Assembly: GCF_006345805.1 (NCBI RefSeq)
Contig: NW_021834785.1
Span: 1-64,000 of the forward strand
Length of the DNA stretch: 64,000 bases
Source: Octopus sinensis
Taxonomy: Eukaryota
Direction: 5' to 3'
A program made the translations under genes and the position numbers. A model generated the notes under the pieces. The model saw only the letters and a list, made by a program, of their open reading frames with translations. It was not told the DNA's origin and did no database searches. This document shows positions 36,845 through 49,457 of the stretch, one piece after another. Position 1 is the stretch's first letter, and every line of letters starts with the position of its first letter.

Positions 36845-37487
36845 ATAAGTCAGCTATATCGAGACCAGTGTTTAACTGGTACTTATTTTATCGATATCGG
36901 TGAAATTGAACTCAGAACGTAACAACGGACGAAATATCTATTTCTTTACTGAGGGGACAAACAAGAACAGATAAACGGATTAAGTCGATTATATCGAGCC
37001 CAGTGCGTAACTGGTACTTATTTAATCGATCCCGAAAGGATGAATGGTAAAGTTGACCTCGGCGGAATTTGAACTCAGAACATAACGGCAGGCAAAACGC
37101 CTATTTCTTTATTACCCACAAGGAGCTAAACATAGAGGGGACAAACAAGGACAGACATAGGTATTAAGTCGATTACATCGACCCCAGTGCGTAACTGGTA
37201 CTTAATTTATCGACCCCGAAAGAATGAAAGGTAAAGTCGACCTCGGCGGAATTTGAACTCAGAACGTATCGGCAGACGAAATACCGCTAAGCATTTCGTC
37301 CAGCGCGCTAACGATTCAGCCAGCTCGCTGCTTTAGAGAGAGGTAAAATCATTTTTTTCTACGATAGGCATAAGGACTGAAATTTGGTAGGGGAGGTGAC
37401 TAGTCGATTACATCGACTCCAGTGTTTCACTGGTACTTTATTTGTCGACCCCGAAAGGATGAAAGGCAAAGTCGACCTCGGCGGAAT
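36845..37487 (-). mobile_element. Cluster of four Nin-like SINE units, three joined head-to-tail
   Basis: Full copy 37332-37098, body+tail unit 37097-36935, deleted body 36934-36845, plus a tail-Y body at 37487-37360. Confidence 0.9.
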
Positions 37488-38058
37488 AGAGAGAAGTAAA
37501 GTAATAATAATGTCAGAGGTATACGAATTCCAGTTATAAAAACTGAGTTGAGTGTCTTCACAGCTCTCACGGGAAATGGACTGCAGTCTTGCTAGGGCAC
37601 AGCCTAGAAAGGTCTACTCAATCACATCAAGCTCGGTATTTAATTTTTCGCTTTTATGTTTGGTAAACAGTTTGTCTGTCTCTTTTACCGAACAGCTATG
37701 TTACAAGGACGCAAACAAAACAGCAGCGGTGCGTGTGTGAGAGAGTGTGTGTGCGTGTAAGTGGGTGGGTTGCGGTGGGGGTGAGGTGCCAAAGACATTT
37801 ACACACGCACGCATATGTATGTATAAGTACATATATATATACCTACATGTATATATATATATATATGTGTATACATATGTATATTTATATTCATATACAT
37901 ATATATATATATATATATATACTTATATATATACATATATATACACACACATACATTCATATACATACATATATAGATATGTATATATATACATATATAT
38001 ACATATATATATATATATGTATATATATACATATCTATATATGTATGTATATGAATGC

Positions 38059-38101
<43 letters not shown>

Positions 38102-38211
38102 TATATATATATATATATATACATATAAATAACAGACGCAAACATATGCGTCGTGTTTGTGTGAGTGCATGTGTGCGTGTCTATGTTTGTGCGCGTGCAT
38201 TCGCACTGAAC

Positions 38212-38388
38212 CTGTGTACAATGCTGCTGCTGCTGCTGCTGAAGATTATTATCAGTAATTACAGTATATTGGGAACGTTCCAAATCAGCTTTGATCCTCC
38301 TCAACGCTGGTGACGTTGTTCCTGTTATATTTGTAGACAAATCAATAGTAGAAGGTCGCCCAGCCACTAGTCGACCCATATTTTCCAT
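38212..38388 (-). CDS. Candidate first coding exon of an unknown gene (unconfirmed)
   Basis: gccATGG start context; open frame [59 protein letters not shown] in non-repetitive sequence; only a weak donor (CAG|GTTCAG); no homologue recognised. Confidence 0.25.
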
Positions 38389-38835
38389 GGCAGTCAACTG
38401 CATTATTGTGTATCAGTGTTACTATGAATGTGTGGTTATTTCTTTGCGGTTCTGTTCACGTGTACATATAAACATATGTGTGAGAATGCCCGCGTGTATG
38501 TACTTCTTTGAGGACTCGCACGCATGTACACACACCTGTGTGTATTTGTGTGTTGTGTGTGTGTGCTTGTAAATTTGGTTTATGTTACGTGGATGCTTGT
38601 GCAGATTCTGCGAGTATATGTTTTTCAAATTATGATTGAAAGAAATAAACCCCGTGATCTGCTTCATGTACTTATGGGAAGAAACTATAAGTGACAATTA
38701 CTGAATTTTCCCTACATTATATATTATATTCCCTTTAGAGTACTTCTTTGTACGGAGTGTTATATATTTTTCATACAGTTATGAAACATTATAACCAATA
38801 TATATATACGTGTGTGTGTGTGTGTGTTTAGTTCA

Positions 38836-39110
38836 AATTTACAGATAACAAAAGTCGAAGACAGGTGGAGGAGCAAGAATCAGGTCTATTAGTTTAACGA
38901 TCGAGAAGAATGGAAAAGTCTTTGATGTTTCGAGTCTACGCTCTTCGACAGATAGGATTACGGTTCAAAATTGTACAAAAAAACACAAAACGAAAGATAA
39001 ATGCAAGTGAAGGAACAAATAACAAGGTATATTATTTGGAACTCAGGAAAAATGGAAAAATTTTTAACGTTTCGAGACTACTCCCTTTTAGGATAGAAAA
39101 CTGATGGAAA
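38836..39110. mobile_element. Penelope-like terminal repeat, family C, partly duplicated
   Basis: aaaagtcgaagacaggtgg..gtttcgagtctacgctcttcgacag matches 56330-56462; hammerhead-like motifs on minus at 38920-38956 and, degenerate, near 39060-39095. Confidence 0.6.
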
Positions 39111-39184
39111 GAGGGGAAAAATGGAGGCATATATATTATATATATATATATGTGTGTGTGTGTGTCTATATGTATATGTATATG

Positions 39185-39234
<50 letters not shown>

Positions 39235-39823
39235 ATTATGAAAAGTTATGTAGAGTTGCAACAGTTAAGCGTCAAGTTTCAAAATATAACTAAACCAGTC
39301 ACAGGACGGCTAGTCATCCGAAGCTTAGAGAAAACAGTTAACCTTTCCGTATGAAAATTAATATGTATTGTCTATTCTAATTTTAATTATCTGAAGTCTT
39401 TCTGTAAGGAAAGAGATAGTCTTAACAAAAATACGATGTTCCGTTGTTCGAATGTAGAAACCGAAATCAATGTCACATTTTGAACTTGGGAAAATCTCGC
39501 ATATAGTTAGTGTTCCGCTTCTAGATTTTATTAGTTATATGCATGTTAGTTGACTGATTTCTTTTCCTGAAAGCCTCAATTTTTCCAGATTGTCACGGAG
39601 GCCTTTACTAACAAGCTCACAAATTATTGGTATAATGCTAATTTATAATCTGGGTACAGAAGCTGAAGTGTTTGAAAGAGTTGTTCGTAGTTACCCTTTT
39701 TCTCTTTGATCTTCGCATCCCTCTCATTTTCTCTTAATTAATTAATTACTTGATTAATTAATCAATTTATTTATTTATTTTGTGTATATATACACACATA
39801 TATCATTATTATTATTATTATTA

Positions 39824-39887
<64 letters not shown>

Positions 39888-40092
39888 CATGTGATGAAAA
39901 ATCACAGCTTTTTTTGCTGGGTATGATGGAAAGTGTCAGCTGTCCACAGCCAGCGGACTAGGGGATACTTGTTTATTGGTCATGCTTCAAGAACCCTGAC
40001 AAGAATTCTTGTAGTTCTACCTTCACACTTGCACCAATCTTTTTCAGCCATGCTGGTAGTTGAGTGCTGATACTTACAAGTGCACCAATGAT
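39888..40092 (-). mobile_element. R4/Dong-like extreme 3' fragment (family C), inside (AAT)n
   Basis: Minus: IIIGALVSISTQLPAWLKKIGASVKVEL.. (degenerate VIGALG..LEKIG terminus), then a 3' UTR stem-loop and (AAT)n; (AAT)n also on the 5' side. Confidence 0.7.
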
Positions 40093-40120
40093 TATTATTA
40101 CTATTATTATTATTATTATT

Positions 40121-40675
40121 GAGTGAGAGAGCAGTTCATGCCATCAAGGTGACACTGGGGTAAAATATACGAAGCCCAATATACCCATCATGACTACCCG
40201 TCTGATAAAGGTACACAAGGCACATGCATCACAACCATATGTGCGCGACATGGTGATCTCATATCAAGATAAACAGCACATGACCTTGCAGGTGGGGCCC
40301 AGTTAGAATTTTCTTCAGGTTGAGTAGCCCATCCCGCTCAAACGGTCTCTGAATAAGGGTTGTTTAAGGATGTTGAAAGAACCACCCATGTTTCCAGAGG
40401 CGAACTATTCAAACCCCAAAGAATCCCTCTCAACACATGGCTATGATGCTCCCCCACTACTTCTGCTCGTGATCAGAGATGCACATATCGTCAGCCACTA
40501 AGGGACATGCTCAACTGGTTAAGGTCAAACAACTGACAAGCAAATCTGTGGTATTGAGCAGAATATTTGCTGTAGCCCATCTTTTATACCAAGACAAAAC
40601 AATGTACATGATAACACTTCCAATCAGTTAAGATCAGAAGCCATGAGAGCCACTGCCTGGTACTGCATCAGGGCA

Positions 40676-40677
<2 letters not shown>
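40121..40677 (-). mobile_element. ~560-bp (AAT)n-embedded element, longest copy (copy 4)
   Basis: Minus strand runs aatgccctgatgcagtaccagg...gaactgctctctcactc + (AAT)n; (AAT)n on both sides; contains the sequence of the other four copies. Confidence 0.85.
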
Positions 40678-40724
<47 letters not shown>

Positions 40725-40765
40725 ATATATGTATGTATATATAGGCATGCATATTATGTGAATTT

Positions 40766-40805
<40 letters not shown>

Positions 40806-43239
40806 TGTGTGTGTGTGTGTGTTCGTGTGTGTTGTTGTTGTTAAAGAATTGCGAGCATCAGGTAATTCTTTCTAAAAAGCAATTCAGAAAATTTTACAAG
40901 AAGAATAAGTAGAATCAAATAGACAATTGAAGTATTCAATGTTTATTACTTAAACACGGATTTTATATCAGGTTTCCTAATAATGTCATAAACAAACGCT
41001 AAAGCTCGCTCGCGCACACACATGTCCTGTCATATAGAGGCATTTTAACTGTTTAATGACTGTGTTGTTTACAATGCAAAACTGATATCTATTACGAGAT
41101 TTACGCCCTAAATTAGTTGTAAACAATAGGATATCGTTTCCTTTTAACTGATTCTAAATCTAGAGGATCACGCGTAAATCTCACATCCCATTGCACTCTA
41201 CAATACATCTATTTAATCTTCTGTCCAGTGATTAGTTGACACGTATTAAACCTCTCACCCTGCATGATCAGTGATTTTCCAATGTTGCAGTGACCAGGAA
41301 TATCAGTAGCGGGAAGGAAAAATATTTGTTTTTATTGTAATTGCCAATCCAATTAAGAATTTGGCAAAGAAATCACCAATAAATTGCCAGCAAATTGCAA
41401 TAAATTCAGGCACTTATTGACAACTGGACGACTTAATTATCAACCACAGCTCAACATTTACATATATCACTTTAATTAATAGCAAACAAGAAATCAGATA
41501 TTGTGATTTCTAAAAAGGAATAATATGGTTTAATTCTCCCTAATTGAGGATTTGGCAAGGGACTTATTGCTCCGTATTTCGTTCAAAATGAAAATAAAAT
41601 GAACCAAAACCATTTGCCATTTTTTGTTTCACATTTCAATATTTTCTTTTCCCGTGCTGTTTCGTTACATTGAGATATGGCCGTACTTGGTCCACCGTGT
41701 ACATAATATTTTGATTATGTAGCCAGTTATTCAAATGCTCAAGTGATTTCACTCAAATATGGTAGTTTCTCTATAGGCCATATCCGCCCACGACATGCAT
41801 AATTTTTAAAGGGAAGCAATTTTGATAGTGTGTGGCGCACAGTTTGATTTGAGATTAATTTTGTATGTGTGTATGTGTGTCCGTACGTGTGTGTTTACCC
41901 TTGTGCATGTTTGTTGTTTTGCATGTGGATGTGTGTGTGTGTGTGTGTGTGCATGTGTGTGTGCGCGCGTATGCGCTGTGTTGTATTTTTCATTTATAAT
42001 TTCCATTCAAAGCCTAACAAATTATTCACAACGGGTGTGTGTAATTACTCAACCATGTTGAATAAACCATGTTAGATGTGTTCATCCGAAATCAGTTTCG
42101 ATTCAAAGTTGTATTCATTTTACTTCATTTATTTCACTTAGCTTTACTAAACTGAAATTCTTGTCTCTATGGAACTAATAATTTTGTTCCACGAAGAAGA
42201 GAACCAGAATTTCGAACGTAGAATTCTGCTAGGTACAGGTGCGAATGTTCTGCCAAAGAATTATCTTTTTCTCTGATAATCATGAAGTAGAGAAACATAA
42301 ATATCTTTTGCCACGAATATCTGCCCGTCCTACCCGACCCCACCACCTCTCTTTATTCATGTGTGCAGCTGTTATTTTGCAAGGTGGCATTATTGAACAC
42401 TTTACGATGCATTAACAATGAAAGATCTAATCATAACAAGAAATGTTCTTGAAACATATTTACATCAATTATATTCTAGTTGTTGTAAAGCACAAATGAT
42501 ATAACTCAAAATATCAGACTATCTTTCAAGGAGATGCAATTATGCGCTACATAAAGGATCTATAAAGATTTCTTGAAAGTAATATATCGCGTGGAGTCTA
42601 TACAGATCTTTTCAAAACTATTTACACAGAGAATCTGAAAGAATCTCTTTGTTCTATGTTTTCTTTAAACAATTGTTTCATGATACATTTCCAAGTACAA
42701 AATAATTCGCCGTGTTTGGAGGTTATAAGTTCTCACCATATCTGCTTTGTAGGATTAAAAGAGTAATGGTACTAATGTTACCATCAATCATTTAGATAAA
42801 GCAATTCAATGATGCTTATGAGTTTCCATTTGATCTTCTTTTACCGTTTTCTCAACATTCAGAGTGTTTGGGGAATAATTATATTTCTTATTATCAAGAA
42901 TCTTACTCCTTACATACATATCTCGTGATGCCAATTTCAGCAATGCAAGAGCATTAGTGTTTCAAAAATACATGTCAATAAAGATAAATAAAAATAAGGC
43001 ATTTTTTTTATCAGTAGAAAATTGCCAATTTTGAAGGAAAACAAATGGTAGCTTAAGATATTAGTATATCTCATAAAGGTTTAGAAACAACACTGAAATG
43101 AGTTAGTTGCAACTGAAGTTCGACGCATATTGTAATTATTATTCCCCATAAAAATATGAATCTCGAGTAAAACAAACCCCAAAGCACATCTACACATGGT
43201 AGACAACTGGACTAAGGTAGGTAACTTGACTGTGGGAGA

Positions 43240-43480
43240 CATCTGTTAGATGTCTGGGTTATTTCTATGATAACAGAGAAATGTCAGAAATCTGTTTCGT
43301 GATAGGCACCTAGGAAATGGTTGACAACCTAGTTATAGTAGACTGATAGACATCTGGGCATTGATAGGCATCTGGATTATGATAGACATAATTTGAGCCA
43401 TCTTAGATTTTTGATATACTTTATATATCAAACATCTGGCTATGATACACATCTGGGTTTAGAAGGTATCTGAGTTAGAA
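43240..43480. repeat. Degenerate ~18-bp minisatellite
   Basis: Recurrent gatagacatctgg(g)ttat-like units. Confidence 0.5.
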
Positions 43481-43584
43481 GATGTAGACAGTATACAGTC
43501 ACGCGGAAGATTAATAGATTTAGTTCAACAGCGCCGAAGATTTGCCACTATAATAATCACATTTCCATTTACAGTAGCGTCTAC

Positions 43585-44335
43585 ATTGCTAACTACACTA
43601 CTTTATATACGATCATATGTATAACGTGATACACTACCACCTGTACTGTCATATGTGCTATGTTCTATAGCATAACCGACACTATCGTCTACCCTATCAT
43701 GTACACTATGATCTACGCTATCACGTACATTGTGATCTGTACCATTGACCGTTAACCAGGGCGGTTGTGTCTGTTGGAGGTGATGTGAGCTTATAAGGGT
43801 TGTGAGTGACAAACATCAAAGGGTGGGGCTAACGGTTCCTGGTTGTTTTTGAAGAAATGTTATGTCTAGACTAGGTACAACCTGTTATTAATATTTTCAG
43901 TATTATAAGGCAGCGAGCTGGCAGAAACTTTAGCACGCCAGGCGAAATGCTTAGCGGTATTTCGTCTGACTTTACGTTCCAAGTTCAAATTCTGCCGAGG
44001 TCAACTTTGCCTTCCATCCTTTTCGGGTCAATATATTAAGTACCAGTTCGATCTAATCGATTGGCTCCCTCCACAAAAATTTCGGGCCTTGTGCCTAGAA
44101 TAGAAAAGAATATTTTCAGTACTGTCATCCACAGTACCATCTACACTGCTACTTAAGTTAAAATCTACACTGTCATATACAAATTCAGTTATACAATCAC
44201 CTAGGTCACTCTCAATATCTTCTATTGTATCCTCTACAGTTTCATCTACACTATCAGCAACACTATTACCCACACTATAATTTATACTAATACCTAAAAT
44301 ATCGCCTACACTGCTAATATCTACACTATCGGTAC
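43585..44335. repeat. Degenerate 12-bp minisatellite (ctacactatcat) in two blocks
   Basis: Blocks at ~43585-43745 and ~44118-44335 with units such as ctaccctatcat, gtacactatgat, ctacactgtcat; separated by unique DNA and a SINE. Confidence 0.75.
43907..44113 (+). mobile_element. Nin-like SINE, tail Y
   Basis: aaggcagcgagctggcagaaac..aagttcaaattctgccgagg..cgggccttgtgcctagaatagaaaagaatatt. Confidence 0.85.
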
Positions 44336-45972
44336 AGTTATAGTTTTGACGTTGTAACTGTTGTTCATTCATTCTCTGTTAACCAGTAGAAGTGAGTAAT
44401 TGGCAATGTATTGACTTTTGGAACAGCTAACCACACCCTGGGATTTGTGAAGCCATATTGTTTTATCTTTCATTATTCACAACCATCGGAGCACAGTTCG
44501 TGAGATGGTTGTGATCTGTAAACAGTTTTGAATAGGAACCGGAAAAAGACGAGTGAACACGCAATGTGCATGTGCACACTGAATTCGTAAAACGGAAGAG
44601 AAAAATAAAGACACAATGCGCATGTCAAAATAAAATGGAAGAAAAGAATTAAAATACAATGTCAAAAGTTATATGAAGGTCTGCATGCCACGGCTGACAT
44701 CACAGTTACGCAGTTTTGCTGTAATTTTCTTGTTAAATATGTAACTTTACTATAAGAAAGTTTCAAAATTTCACGAACGTAACTAGCTTCAGAGGATGCT
44801 GGTTGGGTTAATAAGAAGACGATGCAACAAAATCCATAGTTACTTTCATTAAAACAACAAACGACATCTTTCATTTGCAATCACATCAACAACAACAAGA
44901 ATAATAATGATGTTTTCTTTTATTGCCATTTGAGCAACCCAAGAAGAGGACTACATGCCACAAATCAGTGGGGGTTAATTGCAGCTCGTTGCCTGGTCCT
45001 AAATTAAAGAAATATGTTTGTTGTTAGAATATACGGTTAGAATATTTATTAAAAATGGTTGGCATTAACGTATGAAATTAGCATCTCCACTCTCTTTCAG
45101 ATATTTCCTATATTTTTACAGTTTATGGCAAATCAGTCGGAAAAATATATCAAAAGGAAAAGCAGTAGAAACCTTCATTTTAAAATTTTACAAATGTTTC
45201 GCTTCTAAAGAATTGTTCTGAAGATCGATAATTTTAAAAACAAATAAAAAAAAATTCACCGAATAAACGATATTCGAAATTCCGATAATTTATTATAAAA
45301 TTTGAACTTATGCATTCGAATTAACCCCTCTTTATAACTTTCGTTAATTGGACACACATTTAATAAATACCTGTGAGGTGATCGAATCTATCAATCCATC
45401 ATTTTATTAATTGTGCATCGATATTCGTTTGTATGATCAGTTAGATTGGTTTGCGTTTCTGAATTCGCCTTGCCGTTGTTTTGTTTAAGTAACATTAAGA
45501 TTAATTACTGATTTGTGTGCGGAGTTTTTCATTACAACTCGTGTCCTCCTTCTCATCTTTCATCGCTGCCTCTCTCTGTCTCTCTCTTCATTCTTCTTCT
45601 CCTACTCTACTTCGTTATGCCAGCACCGTGGTGGAATTATTGTTTTACTGTACCATTCTCATACACAATTGAGATAATACATTCTATAGAATGTATAAGT
45701 AATTTAATCAATGTATATTGAGACGAGCGGACAAGGCAAAGATGGCAAGATGCCTGAATTCGTACATGCATAATTATATCAATGTATACGTACATGAATG
45801 TACTCATAGACACACAAACATGCACGCACATACATACTGCTACATATGCGCACACGTACACGCATATTGTATATATATTTTGTATATTATATATATGTAA
45901 TATATATATACATATGTATATATTTTATTTGTACGTATAAAAATGTATACACATATACATATATTATATATA

Positions 45973-46018
<46 letters not shown>

Positions 46019-46194
46019 TTTTTATCTGTACGTATAAAGATGTATACAGACACATACATACATACATACATACATACATACATACATACATACATACATA
46101 CATACATACATACACATACATATATATATAGATATGTTTGTGTATATATATATATGATTATATATTTTTATTTTATATATACATAAATATGTAG

Positions 46195-46229
<35 letters not shown>

Positions 46230-47224
46230 CGTGTGTGTTTGTGTGTGTTTGTGTGTGTATATGGACACACATACACATGTACAAACATATGTATCTATGT
46301 ATTCACCTACACACAAACACAAATATATATGTTTATTATTTTGTAATAATATAGATTATTAGATATCGAATTCTCCCTACGTACACCTACGACCTGGACA
46401 TTGATACTGGACTTTGATAAGGAATATTGTATTATCACAAAAGAATAATATACATATGCATACACATGCATACACGCGGGTGCGCACGCACACATACGCT
46501 CACACTCACACACATACTCGCATACACACATATTAGCTGTATAGTAATTAAACGGTACACCGAAACACCTCCCCGGTCTGTAAGTAGACGGCGTGGTTAA
46601 GGCAAAGGTTTCACTGCAGCTAGTATGAAATAGAGGATCGACGAAATTTTATTTTCTATGAAAGTCTGTTCAGTATTTGCTTACTGTATCCTTTCTGTTG
46701 AAAGATTGCGATCACACTACGTATGGAAATATGATGAAAAACATGGAAGGCTTGATCAAATTTACATAAATGTATTTTAGTCTATTTTGTATATGCTTAA
46801 GTATTTCCTATGCTGACGATATGATGGGGTAATTGGTTTGCTGGTAGTGCTTATTGAAATGTTCACAGCTGTCCGCTTATTTTCAGACATACTGTCTCTT
46901 CCTTAATGGTATGCATGTAGGTTTTGAGAACTTTTGATTCTTGAGATTATTTAGCCTCCTTATTTCGAATTGGTACCAATTGCTATTAAGCAATTGGTCT
47001 ACTCTTTAGATAAATCAAGCATTTATCTGCATAACATTTAATAATCTCTTGTTCGTTTTTGTTGTATATGTATGTACATATATTTATGTATATAAACATA
47101 TATATGTATGTATGAGTATGTATATATATGTATGTATGAGTATGTATATATATGTATGTATGAGTATGTATATATATGTATGTATGAGTATGTATATATA
47201 TATATATCTGTAAAATAATATGAC

Positions 47225-47289
47225 AGATAAATTTCCTCTATTTACATAATATTGAGGTCTCTGTCTTTCTTTTGTTATCTTACCGTTTA

Positions 47290-47292
<3 letters not shown>
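47225..47292. mobile_element. PLE family A terminal fragment
   Basis: tctatttacataatattgaggtctct..ttttgttatcttaccgttt is nearly identical to 1555-1612. Confidence 0.65.
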
Positions 47293-47330
<38 letters not shown>

Positions 47331-47332
<2 letters not shown>

Positions 47333-47596
47333 GAGGTGCAATGGCCCAGTGGTTAGGGCAGTGGACTCGCGGTTTCCATTCCCAGACCTGGCGTTGTGAG
47401 TGTTTATTGAGCGAAAACACCTAAAGCTTCACGACTCCAGCAGGGGGTGGGGTGATCCCTGCTGTACTCTTTCGCCACAACTTTCTCTCACTCTTCCGTT
47501 GGCATGCTCGCTAAACCAGCGGGGTGGCATCATATGGAGGCTAAAACAATGTGAAGCGTATTGTGGCAACATCTAATAGCCTGGTCGGTCACGGTG

Positions 47597-47597
<1 letters not shown>
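47331..47597 (+). mobile_element. SINE family 3 with tRNA head, tail type 3
   Basis: tggaggtgcaatggcccagtggttaggg (A box), ggtttccattccc (B box), the shared body, then a tail unlike 7696-7985 or 31461-31740. Confidence 0.8.
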
Positions 47598-47628
<31 letters not shown>

Positions 47629-47750
47629 TGTTTATGGGAAACGTTTTGAATATTCAAATATAGCTCCTGTTCTATGTAGGATAAAAATAATAACAATAAC
47701 CGCGCGTAGCGATACATGAAATGTTTATGAATTCCATCCAAGGAATATTA

Positions 47751-47904
<154 letters not shown>

Positions 47905-47908
<4 letters not shown>

Positions 47909-48402
47909 GTTTGTTTGTGACGTTGTTAGCTAACTCCTACATCATTTTATTGATTTTGATGAAACTTGACACGTGAGTAGAATTTATGTCTGGAAACCTC
48001 GTGACATACTCAGATTGTTGAAAAACTCGATAATGCGGCCCCTGGAAGGGACCTTTATATCTACCTCGTATAACTAATCTTTTAAACACCCAATGGAAAT
48101 AACCCATAGCACCTGTACAATATTCTTTTAAACACTCAAGGGAAATAAACCAGTTCATTGTTTATGTTCGATTATTTTGAATGTTGATTTTTTGTGTGTC
48201 CTGTTTCTAATTTTTGCAGACAATATCACTTTTATAATTTATTTGACACGTGAGAAGAACTCTTGTCTGGAAACCTTGTGACATACTTACATTGTTGAAA
48301 AAAAATCGATAATGGGACCCTTCCAATGGATCCTTCAATCGACTACAAATCACTAATATTTTATTTAAACAACCCAAAGGAAATAACCCATACCACCTGC
48401 AG
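47905..48402 (+). mobile_element. DINE/Helentron-like element with internal duplication
   Basis: ttgtttgtttgtg..gattttgatgaaacttgacac core-like motif; tgacacgtgag..ggaaataacccata segment present twice (from ~47967 and ~48245). Confidence 0.5.
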
Positions 48403-48807
48403 ATTTTAGCGAAGCGATCAATATTTGATTCACACGATCAGCCAACCTAATTCTGAATTTCACTATTCATAGTTTTGAACTGCTAAACATTATTATTGCA
48501 CTTCCTTAATTTGAATCTTAAACTTTAAAGACTTCATTCATACATTTCTATACATACATCCTTTCTTGAATGTCCATTACTCCGATAATTCTGCATTTTT
48601 ACAGTTACACTTTTTCCATGACAATATTTTATTCCACAACGTATTTGCAGTGGCTTCATGCAGGCATAGCGTGGATTCGATCCTCGATTGTCAAATTTCA
48701 CTTAACACTTCAACAGCGCTTTTCTCACGGTAAAACAATAGTTTTTCTGTGAATGACAGCAGTTATACATTTTTCAGATGCCTTCGCTAAGCAGAATAAT
48801 GTCTTTG

Positions 48808-48905
48808 TCTCTCGCCAATCTCCGACAACCTCTCTCACCAACCTCCGACAATCTTTCTCGCCAACCTCCGAAAACCTCTCTCACCAATCTCCAACAATCT
48901 TTCCC
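48808..48905. repeat. ~23-bp minisatellite, about four copies
   Basis: ctcgccaatctccgacaacctct-like units. Confidence 0.7.
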
Positions 48906-49080
48906 GCCTCCAGCTGACAGTTTTTTGTACTTTTTCGTAGCGGAAAATACACCTTTTGTAGCAGTTGTAACGAAATTGCTTTCTTATATCATAGTAATAA
49001 GGCGTTTCAATAGAACATCTTTACCCCCGGGAATTACTGGGTACACCAGCTAGTATATATATATATATATATTCATACGC

Positions 49081-49127
<47 letters not shown>

Positions 49128-49282
49128 ATAATATATATATATATTCATAAATGAGGGTGAAAAATTAGATATTAATTTAATAATAAATATTAATTTAATA
49201 ATACCGTCAGTTTAACACCAAGTGGCCTAGCACATAGAAACCAGGGAGACAGTACAAATTTATATATACGTTAACTCTCTTA

Positions 49283-49350
<68 letters not shown>

Positions 49351-49370
49351 ATATATATTATATCTATATA

Positions 49371-49457
<87 letters not shown>

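Noticed and set aside
40615-40677. Faint resemblance of the 560-bp element end to U2 snRNA words
   Set aside because: Two short gapped matches with wrong spacing, and on the strand opposite to the inferred element sense.
42190-42270. RILLGTGANVLP resembling a retroviral protease DTGA motif
   Set aside because: Catalytic Asp absent, short frame, no other LTR-element parts nearby.
44477-44514. 11-bp hairpin TCACAACCATC/GATGGTTGTGA as a pre-miRNA
   Set aside because: Only 38 nt and cannot be extended; no match to miRNAs I know beyond a seed-length word.
46740-46850. YADD-encoding word suggesting an RT relic
   Set aside because: Flanking frames are closed and no other RT motif is recoverable.
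47100-47185. Regular ~24-bp repeats as a CRISPR-like array
   Set aside because: Tandem TA/TATG-derived units with no unique spacers, in eukaryotic DNA without cas genes.
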